Shown here piece after piece: positions 26,781 through 41,249 of a DNA stretch of 64,000 nt. Positions within the stretch are counted from its first letter, which is position 1, and every line of letters starts with the position of its first letter. Both the position numbers and the translations under genes were made by a program. The notes beneath the pieces were generated by a model. The model saw only the letters and a list, made by a program, of their open reading frames with translations. It searched no databases and was not told where the DNA came from. This DNA is from Octopus sinensis (Eukaryota), in NCBI RefSeq assembly GCF_006345805.1, contig NC_043000.1, positions 56,358,001-56,422,000 on the forward strand. Reading direction: 5' to 3'.

Positions 26781-27650
26781 GTACGCACGCGCGTGTGTGT
26801 GAGTGTGTGTGCGTGCGCATGTGTGAGTTTGTGGTCTGATGTGCGTTCATTTGGTTGACACCATTCTATGAGTGAGTATGTATGTTTATATGCATGTGCA
26901 TGAATGTTCCACTGTGTGCATGTGTGTGTGCATGCAGTGTAGCCAGTGGTTTTGAATAGATAAGAATGTGTGTGTTCTAGAGTGTGTGTCTATGAATTCC
27001 CATGTATGTGTGTGTGTGTGTGAGTGCATATATGCACATGTGTCTCTGCATGTCTGTTTGTGCATGGATGCATATATGGTTGTGTTCGTGCGTGTGTGTA
27101 TGTATGTCTATGTGCATGCATGAATGTGTATGGTTGTGTATTAGAATTGTTCATAATTACATGTATTCCTTTTAATGAATTTCCTTGTATCCCTGCTGAG
27201 GCCTCATGAATTGGTGTGATTCTCATGCAAGGTAACTATTTATAATTGCCAGCGCTGTTTACAATTGAGCAAATTAAATTAATGCTCTACTTTATGATGT
27301 TGAGTACTTGCTCTTTCATTTGTTACCACTGCTAGTGTATGTGTGCATGTATGTATAAGTATGTTTGTGCATGTACACTTATACCTAATTACATAATAAC
27401 AATTATTTGCATACATCTGTATCAAATGCACACATGCACACAACACATGCATGCAAATACACACACACCACTCACTATGTATTGATCAAAATTTGTTCAG
27501 TAAAATAAAACATATATGTGGACATTGTTCCATACTTAAGCTATTGAAAGCAACCAATACAGATTAAGAATGAAAAAAAAAAAGACATTTTTTTCCTCAT
27601 TTAAACAATAAAATTTCACAAAATAAGAATGTTGTTATTTCTTCTTCTTC

Positions 27651-27681
<31 letters not shown>

Positions 27682-28277
27682 TATTTTTTTTTTTCATTAT
27701 TATTATTGTCTTTCGATTATTTCATTTTCATTTTGATTTTTAAGCACTTATGACATTCCAACAGAAAAATCGAACGTTATTCCCAGGAAACTCACCCCTT
27801 ACACACATGCACATTCATATACCCGTTAAAAAAAAATCTGTTTTCTACGAGCTTATGTCAATATTTCTTACATAAATTCTCTATTTGCCAAATATTCTAT
27901 TATTTTGTATGTTTTTTGCCATAGTTCCTTATTGTTTTTATTTTTGCATTTTATGCTTCACCAAAAATCAATTTATATATATAATTATTCTCATCTCATC
28001 TGCAGCTGTAAGTCTTCTCATTTTTTTTTTTTTTTTCCATTTTGTTAAGAAATACAAAAAGCCAATTTGAATAACAGTATACTGTGTTAGAAGCAGATCG
28101 ACAGGGAAGGGTTCAGTCTATTTTTTTCCTTACACCACAAGGGAATATAAATTACAAGAATTGGTGAATAAAATATCAAATACCTCAGAAGCCAACATAC
28201 TGAGTGCATGCATGAGTGTGCATGCATGCAAATTCATGCATTTGTATGTAGACAAACACAGGTATAATTATTCATTC

Positions 28278-28289
<12 letters not shown>

Positions 28290-28316
<27 letters not shown>

Positions 28317-28616
28317 AATATATAGTCATGCTCATACATACACACACACATATATACATATATACATGCATATATATATATACATACATATGCATACACA
28401 TATATATATACATATATACACATATATATATACATACACATATATATATACATATACACACACACATATATATACACACATATATATATACACACATACA
28501 TATATATATACACACATACATATATCTATATCTATATATATATACACACACACACATACACACAAATATATGAGGGCTTAAACTCATATACTTACTAATA
28601 TACATAAGCATACATA

Positions 28617-28654
<38 letters not shown>

Positions 28655-28958
28655 TATATAGTCATGCTCATACATACACACACACATATATACATATATA
28701 CATGCATATATATATATATACATACATATGCATACACACATATATATACATATATACACATATATATATATACATACACATATATATATACATATACACA
28801 CACACATATATATACACACACATATATATACACACATACATATATATATATACACACATACATATATCTATATCTATATATATATACACACACACACATA
28901 CACACAAATATATGAGGGCTTAAACTCATATACTTACTAATATACATAAGCATACATA

Positions 28959-28990
<32 letters not shown>
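28290..28990. repeat. Tandem duplication, period ~336-342 bp
   Basis: TATAGTCATG at 28321/28657 and TGAGGGCT at 28571/28913. Junctions are in (CA)n. Confidence 0.9.
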
Positions 28991-29002
<12 letters not shown>

Positions 29003-29659
29003 CATACATAAATACATACATATATGCACTCAGACGTGTGTGTGTGTGTGCATGCACATGCATGTGAGTGTGTGAGCTTAAACTCACATGCATGCAACAG
29101 TGTAATTCTTGTATGCATATGAAATTTTCAACGGCAGTGCATGTGACCTTAATGTTGATGTTTTTCTTTTCTTCTTGGCCACACGTACAAGTCTGTAAGA
29201 AACATATGCAAACATATCCAAACCAAAACTTCAATACAATTAGAATTTCGCACACCAAATCTATAAACCATTCATATACACAGAAGTGCTAACACACATT
29301 TATACATGAAAAGAAACACATAAAAATCTGTACAAATTTAGACACATGCATACATTCGAACACACGCCTATGTGCATACATGAAATACTTGGAGACAATT
29401 CCAAATCATACTTGCACGTGTAAAAAGTAAACACATAAGAACAGAAATGCATTTATGTTGCAGCTAAAGTAAATCTTTCTGCTCTCTCTAATTCTTGTAT
29501 AAGTACTTAGCGGCTATTCCTAGGTGGCTAGCATTAAGAAAAGCAATCCATTCTAAAGTAATTGCTCTAAAAATTCTAAGTAAATGTCCAAATATTTAGA
29601 AGTATATTTGCTCTGAGCTGCTTAAAAAGTGAAAATGAAATATTCAAAAAGAAAAGTAT

Positions 29660-29691
<32 letters not shown>

Positions 29692-30244
29692 GCAGATGTG
29701 TATCTATATGTGTGTGTGTGTGTGTATTTTTTTTATTGAAGCTGCAAAATTATCACAGAACTGTTGCTCAGAGTTTCACATTTCCATTCATCAGACAGTT
29801 GTGTGTGTGTGTGGGGGGGGGGGGGCAAATCTAAGAATAGAGATTTTGGTATTACATTTATTCCTCTATTATAATCATTTCAGCCATCCATGTTTCAGAC
29901 ATGCTATGAATATATATATATATAATGATTATGTAATATTGCAACACATTACATGTGATCCATGTGGGGATGCATGACCTAATGGTTAGGGTGCTACATT
30001 CACTATGGCAAAATCTTGGTTTCAATTCCTGGACTAGATGGCGGTAGATTGTGTTCTTAGGCAAAACACTTCATCTCATGTTGCTCTACTACCATTCAAC
30101 ACCTGATATATGGCACACCACACACCTGTTCAGGCAATGTCAACATGATGGAGGGAGTGAGCTTATGTGTGGCACAAACATCTGATCACTGTAAAGAAAT
30201 CATTTGCTGAACCGCTAAGTTATGGGGACAAACACAGACACACA

Positions 30245-30295
<51 letters not shown>

Positions 30296-30547
30296 GTATA
30301 CGGCAGGCTTTGGTTGGCCTGAGGCTATACTAGAAGACACTTGCCCAAGGTGCCACGCAGTGGGACTGAACCCAGAACCATGTGGTTGGTAAGCAAGTAA
30401 CTTACCACACAGCCACTTCTATGCCTATGTATAATATAATTATAGATTTTCTTTAGAAAAGCATAGAAAGCATGAAGTACGCAAGTCAAACCCAAGTTAC
30501 TAGACAAGAACAAGAGATACAGATATACATATACATATATATATAGA

Positions 30548-30592
<45 letters not shown>

Positions 30593-31869
30593 GGTACTAA
30601 CTATCATAACATTCTGTCACAAAGATTCATCGTAATACACACACGCACATGCATAGCTAAACTGGAATAACTGCATTTCATCAAAATATCTAGTTTTGAA
30701 ATGGATCAAAAAAGTTATAAAAGAAAGCACTAAAGAAATTCAAAACTTTGCCCTGACATACAGAGTTATTCATGTCAAGCAAATGAACCTTTATAACCTT
30801 TATGCAGTTGCTACTCAGCTTGTTTGAACTATCAGTGAAATCTGCTTCAAATCACACACTCTACTGTCTTTCAAAAAAATAAAGGGACGTATTGGATAAT
30901 GGTCGAAGGAAAACAGACTTGATGGTCCCAACTGTAATGCTTTGGATCATAAATTTGTTTGGTCATTATTGACCTGAAGTTAAATAACAACAAATAGCAA
31001 CAACTTATTCATAGTGAAGGTGCGTGGCTTAGTGGTTAGGGGCATTTGGCTCATGATCATAAGGTCGTAAGTTCAATTCCTGGCAACATGTTGTGTCCTT
31101 GAGCAAGACACTTTATTTTACATTGCTCCAGTCCACTCAGCTGGCAAAAATGAGTAGTACCTGTATTTCAAAGGGTCAGACTTGTCATACTCTGTGTCAC
31201 ACTGAATCTCCCCAAGAACTATGTTAAGGGTACATGTGTTTGTGGAGTGCTCAGCCACTTGCATGTTAATTTCACGAGCAAAGCTGTTCCGTTGATCGTA
31301 TCAGCAGGGACCCTCGTTGTCGCAACCAACAGAGTGCTCCTAATTCATATGAGAGTAAATGAATGAACTTCTACACAGTTCCTCAACCTGCTAAAAATAA
31401 CAGCCAAATATCTAAACACACCCGTATCTTAAAAGAAAAGGACAAACATGTTGGCTAATGACCATCCTTATATATACTGTCCCAAATAATAATTGGGATG
31501 GTCAGATGCCTTTACACAAAGATATGACAATACAGCTACAGAAACAAACTTATATTTGCAAAAATAGTTAAGAGATTGGTGGCAAACCATTGAGAATATA
31601 GTGATGACAGCAAGGTGGTGGAGAGGCAGGGATTGAGAAGGTAATCCAGTTATGTTATCGAAGAAGACATAAAGTGGTTATGATGAAATAAGGTACATTG
31701 GCTAAGTGTGTTTGATTCAATGAAGGCAGATCAATAAGTACAGTGAGTTGGGAGGGATGGGAAGGGGAAGAAGGTGAAGCGGAGAGAGGTCAAGACAAGA
31801 CCATTCACAGTTCACATCATTTATGTGTTGCAGTCATGTTACTACTAATCCTTTTAAGGCCACCATTAT

Positions 31870-31908
<39 letters not shown>

Positions 31909-32119
31909 CTGGTAGTAGTAGTAGGAGGACGACGACGACGGCGACTACGACTTGGACGAGGAGGAGAAGCAGGAGGTGCAGGAGCAGTAGCAGAAGAAGA
32001 AGAAGAAGAAGAAGAAGAAGAAGATGATGATGATTGTGATGATGATGTTGATGATGACGACGTTGATGATTACACTCACTGGGACTACGTAAAAGAGGCA
32101 TGAAATATCATATCAAAAA

Positions 32120-32153
<34 letters not shown>

Positions 32154-33339
32154 TGATTATGAGCAAGCACGTTAACACTGACATGATTTTTGTTTTGTTT
32201 GTTTTTGCTGGTCTGCCATATATGTGGTCGTGAAAAGAGAGAGACAGTGGAATTGGATAAAATAAAATCTTGAGAAATAAAAAGCCCCCAGACTGAGGTC
32301 TGTGAAAAGTAGCAAAGGAAAGAAATATAAAAAAAAATGTGTTAAAGCTTTAAAGGAATTATTCATGGTGAGAAAAAAAAAACTCAAATGGAAAAGATAG
32401 TGGCAAAACTTGAACCATTTTATGGAGCAAGTATTTTGTCATAGCTATAAAGAATGGTTCACATAAATGGAAAAAAATATATATATTTCTTTACTGACTA
32501 GAAATAAAATAAAAGTCTTGGCAATTCAACAGTAGCTAAGATAGACAAATAAAGAGAAGATATTAATTGAAGATTTTTGTCTTTCAAAATATATATTTGT
32601 TTTAGGTTGTTGTTGTGTGTGTGTGTGTGCAGTGAATAGCAGAAGAGTAAAGAATGGTTTATTGTGTGAATAAATATCATAGAATTCGTGTAAGAATGGT
32701 AAAATAAGTGTCTGAAAAGAAATATCAAAACTGTTTAGTAATAACTATTCTCTAAGTAGGGATTATAACTATTTAATAACAACAATTACTAGTGTCTCCG
32801 TTCACTGACCCAATATATTTTTGTTTGATTTTCTTGTTTTGGTTTTGGTTTGTTTTTATCTTTTTATTTATTTTTAAAATCAATGTCTTTCTATTGTTTC
32901 TTTGAGATTTCATTTTTCTCAACCTACTGATGCCATTTAAACAGTAGCAATGAAACCTACTATGCCTCATTGCCCACACACATTTCACTTTGGGGGAACC
33001 TCTTTGTGGTCATTTAATCTACTTTGAATTACACAGGCATGGCTGTGTGGTAATAATTTTGCATCCCAACCACACAGTTCTGGGTTCAATCCTGTTGCAT
33101 TGCGCCTTGAGTAAATGTCTTCTACTGTAGCCCCAGGCCAACCACCAAAGCCCTGAGAGTGAATTTGGTAGATAGAAACTGAAAGAAGCTAGTCATGTGT
33201 GTGCGTATAGTTAAGTGACATTCAAGTAAAAACCTTGTAGAATGCTGTGCAAAGATCATACACAGTTATTGGGTGCCTGATGTCATCATGTGTGTGTGAG
33301 ATATACATATATATGTTATGTGTATATATATATATATAT

Positions 33340-33651
33340 ATAACGTCGCCTTACTGGCACTTGTGTCAGTGGCACATGAACAAAACATTCGAGCAAAGTC
33401 GTTGCCAGTGCTGCTGAACTGACTCCTGTGCAGGTGGCACGTAAAAAACACAATTTCAAGCGTGGCCATTGCCAGTACCGCCTGACTGGTCCCATAAAAG
33501 CACCCACTACACTCTCAGAGTGGTTGGCATTAGGAAGAGTACCCAGCTGTAGAAACTCTGCCAGATCAGATTGGAGCCTGGTGCAGCCATCTGGTTCGCC
33601 AGTCCTCAGTCAAATCGTCCAACCCATGCTAGCATGGAAAGCAGACGCTAA

Positions 33652-33698
<47 letters not shown>

Positions 33699-33700
33699 AT
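33340..33700 (+). mobile_element. RTE 3'-UTR/tail-derived repeat
   Basis: GTGGTTGGCATTAGGAAG...CCAACCCATGCTAGCATGGAAAGC...(GAT)n, as at the end of the 20.9-22.4 kb RTE. Other copies at about 19480, 41655, 53218 and 54640 (+) and 37370, 47170 and 56520-57030 (-). Confidence 0.8.
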
Positions 33701-35544
33701 TGGTGTTATGTCATAAGAATGAATTTATAAACTTGAAGAATATATTTGTTTTTATTTCTGGGAACAGTGGATCTCAAAGCAAATATAACTATAAATAATA
33801 CCATGTAAATATCCATATATATATATATATATATCTTACCAGAAAGTTACAAAAGTGACTCAAAGGCAAAGAGTTTTGTGCTTACATGACTACATGGCAC
33901 TTTATGTGGATGCATAAGTGTATTCCTGTGTCTGTGCATGTACAAGTGTGTGTGAAAGAGAGAGAAGGAGAGAGAGAGAGTGAGTGAGTGAGAGAGAGTG
34001 TGTAGAAACACACCATCAGAAGGAGATTTGAAAATTTGAAAAGAGACAGATCTGAAGGTAGAGTAGACAAAAACACAAAAGTTGAAGTTTAATTGCCTGA
34101 AAAACACGCTCCAATATTTCCACTTGAGGTCTATATTTGCTTTAAAATTCCCATTCTGCTTGTATTTGTAAGAAATTTCTTTCAATTATATTTGCAAACA
34201 AAATTTGAACTCTATTTCACCTCACCAAGCTTCACTCATACGTACTGCCATTCTTTTCTTTGGAAACCATTTTAATTTGAAGAACTTCAGTGGAATAGCA
34301 GTATAAAAACGGAAATGAAGAATGGAAAACTGGACAGAGAATGAAAGACGATAAAAATTGTAATGGTTTTCAATGTGGTGGTAAAGGTTAGACAATAATA
34401 AACATTTGTTTGATAAATTCTAATATTGAAGAAACTAACAAGATATTGTACCTTTATTCAACGTACAGCGTAGACAATAATGGAATATTCTGGAGAATAA
34501 TAGAAATTATTTAACCTGCTGCTAGTTGTTGTTAGTGCTGTTGTTATTGTTGTTGTCTAGCTGCAGGTCAATCCATGTGGTGTAAGAAAAGGGATGCAGT
34601 CAATTATAAACCCCAGTACTTGACCAGTGCTTATTTTACTGACCCTGGAAGGAATGAAGGAAGGAACAAATGAAGGAACAAAGGAAGAAATGAAGGGAGG
34701 GAGGGAGGAAGGAAGGAAGGAAGGAAAAGTTCACCTAATCAGAATCTTTTTCCTTTCAGTTTGGTCTGGAGGTAGAGACTTTGCTCATGGCATTTTGTAG
34801 TAATCCAAGCATAGTGAGATTGGTGTTACTCTTGAATAACTGCAAATCAAAGACTGCAGGAAAATGAAACAAACATGCATGCTGGAAAGGAATTCCAGAA
34901 ATATGATGTTCTGGGAAGTCCTGCAAAGAGCTCCTAGTTTAGGGCACTCAGAGCATCCATAGGCAGGGGTGAACTTTATAGTTGCACACCCATACCATAT
35001 CAATGTGGGTGTTTCCTCAAGACATGGGCTTACAGATAGGGTTTGTAAGTTTGGGCAACACTGGAATCATCTAAGGGTAGGAAACTCCAACAGTAAACCA
35101 AACCCACTTCAGGTTTTGAAGATTGAGCATTGGGCTAATCATGTGATCCCAGAAAAAAAAACTTTTGATTACAGAAACTTCAAATGCTCAGAAGAATCAA
35201 CACCATGGAAAGGGCAGTGGTTCCTAACCTGGAAAGAGAATAAGGCATGATGCACTTGAATGAAGCTCAAGAGTCAACTTGCCAGTTTGGAGTTCATTCT
35301 ACTGGATAGCAAGTCACATCCCACAACTTTAGATATTTATCACCTTTCTTAAGATTCTTGCTGTTCCTAAATAAACAGGCTTTCTGTTTAACAGAGAAAT
35401 TTATGTCACAAACAAGATGTTCAGCTTTCTTGAAATTTCTGCTTATGGTACTCAACCCACCTATGACTAGTGGCCCTACCTTTACACTCTTACATTTTCA
35501 AAGCTGCTCAATCACATATCTCAACTCATTGTATTTAATCATTA

Positions 35545-35920
35545 TTATCATCAACATCATCATCATTACCATATTTCACTCCTCAGAACTCTTGATCTTA
35601 CTTGCTCTGGTTAATTCTGTGAAAGTGGACAGCATCCTGTAGTCAAAGGCCTCACAAGGTCCACAAATTATATGACTTGGCATTTATATGTTAAGTATTA
35701 TGGAAGACACTTGAGATTTAAGTACCAATAACACACTCTTAGCTGTCCCCAATAGAGCAGTTTTAGAGGGACATGCTCTGAGGGACATAGATGGACATGC
35801 TCTGCCCTCATGTCAATTCCAATTTCTCCAACATATTTCTCAAACTTGGTCATTAGTGCTCCGAGTGCCCCTGCAACCACTAGGATGACAGTTACTCTCA
35901 TCATGAAATACAAAGTCAAC
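35545..35920 (-). mobile_element. R4/Dong-like (restriction-like endonuclease) non-LTR retrotransposon 3' end
   Basis: VTVILVVAGALGALMTKFEKYVGEIGIDMRAEH..., then frameshifted KTALLGTAKSVL-like. This resembles the V.V.P.V.GALG...QK.ALLGTA.ILR C-terminus of RLE elements. A short 3' UTR ends in (GAT/AAT)n. Confidence 0.72.
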
Positions 35921-38039
35921 CTTATTGGAATTTGAACTCAGAACAATAAGAAAATGATATATGATGCTAAGAGTGAACTCAAGACAATTATGAAATTACA
36001 TGTGATGCAAAGAATGAACATATAGATCAAAGTTATTCCTGATAAACAAAACAACGAGAAAAATAAACAACAAGAAAACAAATTCTCAACATGAACAAGA
36101 GATATAAAATGAAATCATCTAAAAACAGCAAGACACAAAAAGAAAAAAGGAAAAGAAAAATTAGTAATAATAAATTAAACAAAAATAATTTTCATACTGA
36201 GAAAGATTAATCAATAAGAAATACAAAAATGGTTAAGAAAACAGGAAAAAAAAGTAGCATAGACCTCATCAGAGCCACGTGCTACCAAGAAAAACTGTAA
36301 GTACTTACACAACTTTTATTTAATCAAAATTAATCTTTCTGAGATTTTGATTGATACTGATATCATTAGCCGAGGGCAAAATTTTATTGCAATTTATAGT
36401 TTATTTGTTGCTATCATGCTGTTTTGCTTTGCTTTTTTAGCTGGTGTGTCTTTGTAATTTTTTAAAATTTTATTTTTGACTGTGAGAGAAATAATAACTA
36501 GCCAGCTTGGAAAATTCTAAATATTTCTGGATGGCTAGACACAATTAATTAACTTAATATAAATTTTCAAGATTTATCATTGTACCAGATTTACTAGTTG
36601 CATGATTCTTAAGATCTCTGGAATCGAAAAGTAAACACTAAAGCAAATATCAACAGAGTGACTGAAACAGATAGAAAAATACAAGAGACTCATTGTACCA
36701 TGCTTTATGGCAATGCGAATCCAAAGATCTATAGGATCATAAAATAATCTCAGACAAAACCTTCTTTTAGATTACAAATTATAGCTCCTATTCCGATTAG
36801 ATATAGAACAATAGCTCCTATTGTCAATAACTGGTGATGCTTCAAACACTAAATTCTCGACGGAGGAGGCTGACAAAACTGAAAAATTGAATGGGCTCTG
36901 AGGATTATTTACGTTTGAACAACATTATTGCATGTAAGCAGTTATATTCTAGCAGTTGTTGTAAACTTATAGCCATTTTAATATTTCCATTTAGCTGTTG
37001 CTGATCTGCTGTTGAGTGATAATATGTGTATGCCATTACTAGATCATCTATACAGGTTATAGACTTACCTGTCCATGCTGTTCAACTGAAGGCAGTGGTA
37101 GTGGTGTTAAACTGGGTGATGGGTTCAATTTACCAAAGGCAGAATTTCAGCTCAAAACACAAAAATTTGAAACAGATAGCATAAAGCATGTCAGCTGACT
37201 CTAACAATTCTACTGAACCACTGCTCTGAACTAATATCTTATTCATTAGTCTTGAAAGAAGGAAAGTTAAAGTAAATTTTGATTCGTTGTGCCAAAATGA
37301 CTTCTTTAAGGCATCATATCTAATGCTTTAACAAATTTGTCAAATGACCTCATTATCATCATCTGTCCTTTTAATGTCCATTTTCCATGTTGGCACGGGT
37401 CACATAGTTTAACAGAATCCAACAGGTTGGAGAATTGCATCATACTTCAATATATACTTTGGCATGGTTTTTATGACTGGACACCTTCTCTAATGCCAAT
37501 TATATTACAAAGTGTATTAGGTACTTTTTTTGTGGCACTATCACTAGTGAGGTAACCATTTGGTTTGCAAACAAATATTGTCTTTGAATGAGTAGGCCTA
37601 TGGTAGTCAGTGAGGAAGCTTTATGTTAGGTAATAAAAGATTGCTGTAAGAAGGAGAACAGGTTTTGAGTAATTTGTGTATGTAAGAATATTTCACAGTT
37701 TATATTAAACATATTCCTTAACCTTGAATAACAAACATTAATAAATATTTTACTCTGTAAATATTTTACTCTTGATAATTCAACTAACAAATTAAACTCC
37801 TCATATACCAACACAGAGAGCAATATTAGATTAGATTAGAGAAACAATAAAACCCAAATGCAGAAAATGGCAAACAGCAAACAATTTCTAAGCGAACAGC
37901 AGCTTCACTATCCAGAACCGGCAAAATCCATTCAACCACCCATCTTTTCCACCTGCTACTCTTGAAAGGATAATAGAGATAGAATACTCAGGCAACTCCT
38001 CCATAGAGTCCTATCCAAAGAAGCCATAATTATACTTAT

Positions 38040-38268
38040 TTCTTTACTAACCACAACGAGGTAAACACAGAGGGGACAAACAAGGACAGACAAATGGATT
38101 AAGTCAATTACATCGACCCCAGTGCATAACTGGTACTTAATTTATTGACCCCGAAAGGATGAAAGGCAAAGTTGACCTCGGCGGAATTTGAACTCAGAAC
38201 GTAACGGCAGATGAAATATGGTTATGCATTTCGCCTGGCGTGCTAACGATTCTGCCAGCTCACCGCCT
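38040..38268 (-). mobile_element. Near full-length family-B SINE
   Basis: Complete from the GGCGGTGAGCTGGCAGAATCGTTAGCACGCC head to the TTGTTTGTCCCCTCTGTG tail. Confidence 0.88.
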
Positions 38269-38319
38269 TATTTTATACATTTTGACTGGTTTTCAAACTG
38301 AGACTATGGATATTATGCA

Positions 38320-38461
38320 ACCATCTGGTTTTTAGTCTACTGCCAGTGTTCTCCTGTTGGTTGACTCAGCTTGAAGAATCTGTCTTGCAAGTCTTTCCTG
38401 TGACATTCTAATCACATATCCATAGTAAGGGAACCATGACCTCTCAATGCAGAGAAGTAGC
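38320..38461 (-). mobile_element. RTE-type LINE C-terminal remnant (second subfamily)
   Basis: Minus frame LLLCIERSWFPYYGYVIRMSQERLARQILQAES...TRW matches the RTE tail motif IER.QLRW.GHV.RM...RL.RQ. Confidence 0.7.
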
Positions 38462-38492
38462 AACTCAACCTGCATAACAGCTTTATAATAAA

Positions 38493-38793
38493 CTAGCAGA
38501 ATCACCCGGCGTTCTTTGGGTTTGTAAGGGAAATAACTATATAAGCATTTTTAGAGAGTTACTTCCCTTATATAATAGCAAAAAATGCATTAAAAATGGG
38601 AAAAAATGATGGTAAACTTTTTTTAAATCGTAGACTCATCGTGGACGTGCGCTAATACCCAGAAGGGCTCGATATGAATCACGACTATAAGATACCCGCT
38701 TTTGGTTAAACTGCACCGTAAAATGTGGGAGTAGTTAGGAATCTAAATCGTAGGAGACAGACACTCACACAATTTCACTTTTATATATAAAGA
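38493..38793 (-). mobile_element. Non-autonomous Helitron (short)
   Basis: Minus strand starts A^TCTTTATATATAAAAGTGAA and ends with a CCC...AACGCCGGG hairpin, then CTAG^T. Inserted between A and T. Confidence 0.8.
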
Positions 38794-39074
38794 TGAGTGA
38801 AAGTATCATCACTTCAAACTGAGTCATATTGGAAATATGGATGAAAAATCCATGGTGTTTGGCATTTCAGAGTACAAAACACTTTGTAAAATAGGAAATA
38901 AACCTGTTTGTATTGGAATAACAAAGTATGAGAAAAACTTTATTTCAGCTTTTAAGTTATTTAAATCACAGAACCAAAAGCTAACCACCGTGAATATGTT
39001 TTAAAAGAAAGACAATCCTAACAAAAAGTGAAAATTTTCCATCTGGCGTTATTGTTTACTTCACCTGAAAGAAA

Positions 39075-39395
39075 AAAAGGAAGGAAGGAAGCGAAGAAGG
39101 AAGGAAGCAAAGAAGGAAGGAAGCAAAGAAGGAAGGAAGGAAAGAAGGAAGGAAGCAAAGAAGGAAGGAAGGAAGGAAGCAAAGAAGGAAGGAAGGAAGC
39201 AAAGAAGGAAGGAAGGAAGCAAAGAAGGAAGGAAGGAAGGAAGGAAGAAAGGAAGGAAGGAAGGAAGCAAAGAAGGAAGGAAGGAAGGAAGCAAGCAAGG
39301 AAGGAAGCAAAGAAGGAAGGAAGGAAGGAAGGAAGCAAAGAAGGAAGGAAGGAAGCAAAGAAGGAAGGAAGGAAGCAAAGAAGGAAGGAAGGAAG
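39075..39395. repeat. Polypurine (GGAA)n / AAGCAAAGAAGG compound satellite
   Basis: About 320 bp of almost pure purine. The ORFs at 39018-39458 are read-through of this repeat. Confidence 0.95.
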
Positions 39396-40499
39396 GTAGT
39401 GGGTAATGCACAGGATTATGTCTGAGAAAAATACTGGATAAATGACCAGAAGCTGCAATGTTGGTGTGGGATGAATCTAATGCTCACCTTGCTCAACAAA
39501 TGAAACATATATTCAGAGATATAAAAACTTAAATTGGAATCACCATGTCATTTGACAAGTGTTGTTCAGTTCTTTGAAATTGTTTCTGAGCAAGCTATTT
39601 AAGTAAGAATAAAGACAAAATGCAGTGGATATCATGGATGTCATCTGATGAAGTGATAGAAAGAAGAAAAAAAAAGAAGAAATCTTAAAAAAAGAAATAA
39701 AAAGACCCCTTGCCTTTCTTCTGTTGCTATCTGGATTAAAGTGGTTTGGACTATTTTATCTGAACATGTGATTTCTAAAAGCTTTTTTTCTAAAAAACTG
39801 ATATTAGTAAGTAAATGAGATGGAAGGGAAGATAACCTAGTGTGGAATGATCAAAATGCACCAACAGACACCACTGCAAGTTTATATGAAAAAGATGAGA
39901 AAGTGATAGGATGAGACGGTGATGAAAAGTTAAAGCTAAATCAAGAAGAATGACTAAAGTTATTTGGAGAATCAAATGATGGATGAATAAGAATTTGGAG
40001 GTTTTTTTTTTGGTGATAAACTCATTTTATGAACAATGACCTTGTTTTTTTAAGCTGTGCTATAGACTTGGCTCAATAGCTTTTAAGCAAAAGTTATTGA
40101 ACAAAACCAGGAAACCATTCCAATTCTAGTGTTTATATTTAGTTTTTTTGTTTTGTTTTGTTTTATGTGTTTTAAAATTTGATATGATATTACATTGTTT
40201 TTTTTTTTTTTCATTTTTCAAATATATAGATAACTATGGAGGTTGTGTTATATAAGAAGATAAAATATATTTTCTAATTTTTAGTTACTAAAAAAAAGAA
40301 GGCCACATTATATTCAAGACTGCATTGCACTTTAATAAATATGGTGTAAGTGTGTGTGTGTGTGTAGACAGAAAGAAAGAAAGAACAAAAGAAAGAAAAA
40401 AGGAAGAGTGAAAGAAAGAAAGAACAAAAGAAAGAAAAAAGGAAGAGTGAAAGAAAGATGAAAAAGAAAGAATGAAAGAAAGAAGAAAAGACAAAAAGT

Positions 40500-40500
40500 G

Positions 40501-40549
<49 letters not shown>

Positions 40550-40612
40550 CATACATACATACATACATACATACATACATACATACATACATACATACAT
40601 ACATACATACAT
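40500..40612. repeat. (AGAT)n(ACAT)n compound microsatellite
   Basis: Direct reading of the sequence. Confidence 0.95.
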
Positions 40613-41042
40613 AGACATAAGTAGATAGATAAAAAGAAAAGATAAATAGACAGAGAGAAAATAGAGAGAGAGAGAGAGTGAGAGAGAAATAGAGAGAGAG
40701 ATGCAATCAAGATGCATAGAAATATTGAATAAAGTGCCAGATGCCTTAAACATTTATTCTGCTGCTATTTTACAACTAAAATCCATTGACAGAAAACAAA
40801 TATTGACTGAAAACCAATATCGGTGCAAACAAAATCTGTCCTCTTGCAGCAGAGCAACCAACTCATGCGCAACTAATGATAAAGGTATTCTTTGGCAGAC
40901 AGGCGAGTATTCATTAAGTGAAGTGGAGAAAGAACCTCTACTCATTCACTTGATTTGCTAAGGATAGTAGCTATATTTTCCTCAAATCATACTCTACACT
41001 TAAATAAAGAAAGACTACATTAGATAATGCAGGCTTACATAG

Positions 41043-41215
41043 GCGCAGGAGTGGCTGTGTGGTAAGTAGCTTGCTAACCAACCACATGATTCCGGGTTCA
41101 GTCCCACTGCGTGGCATCTTGGGCAAGTGTCTTCTGCTATAGCCCCGGGCCGACCAATGCCTTGTGAGTGGATTTGGTAGACGGAAACTTAAAGAAGCCT
41201 GTCGTATATATGTAA

Positions 41216-41249
<34 letters not shown>

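Noticed and set aside
32930-32975. CTGATG...GAAAC spacing suggestive of a hammerhead
   Set aside because: The core is CTGATGC and the stems do not fit; only a CTACTG/CAGTAG hairpin is present.
34780-35260. Faint CR1/Jockey-like RT remnant on the minus strand
   Set aside because: Too decayed to support by eye; it would need a profile search.
36297-36308. Perfect palindrome GTAAGTACTTAC giving a donor consensus on both strands
   Set aside because: No convincing acceptor or exon on either side.
39018-39458. Four overlapping ORFs of 100-146 aa
   Set aside because: Read-through of a stop-free (GGAA)n satellite.
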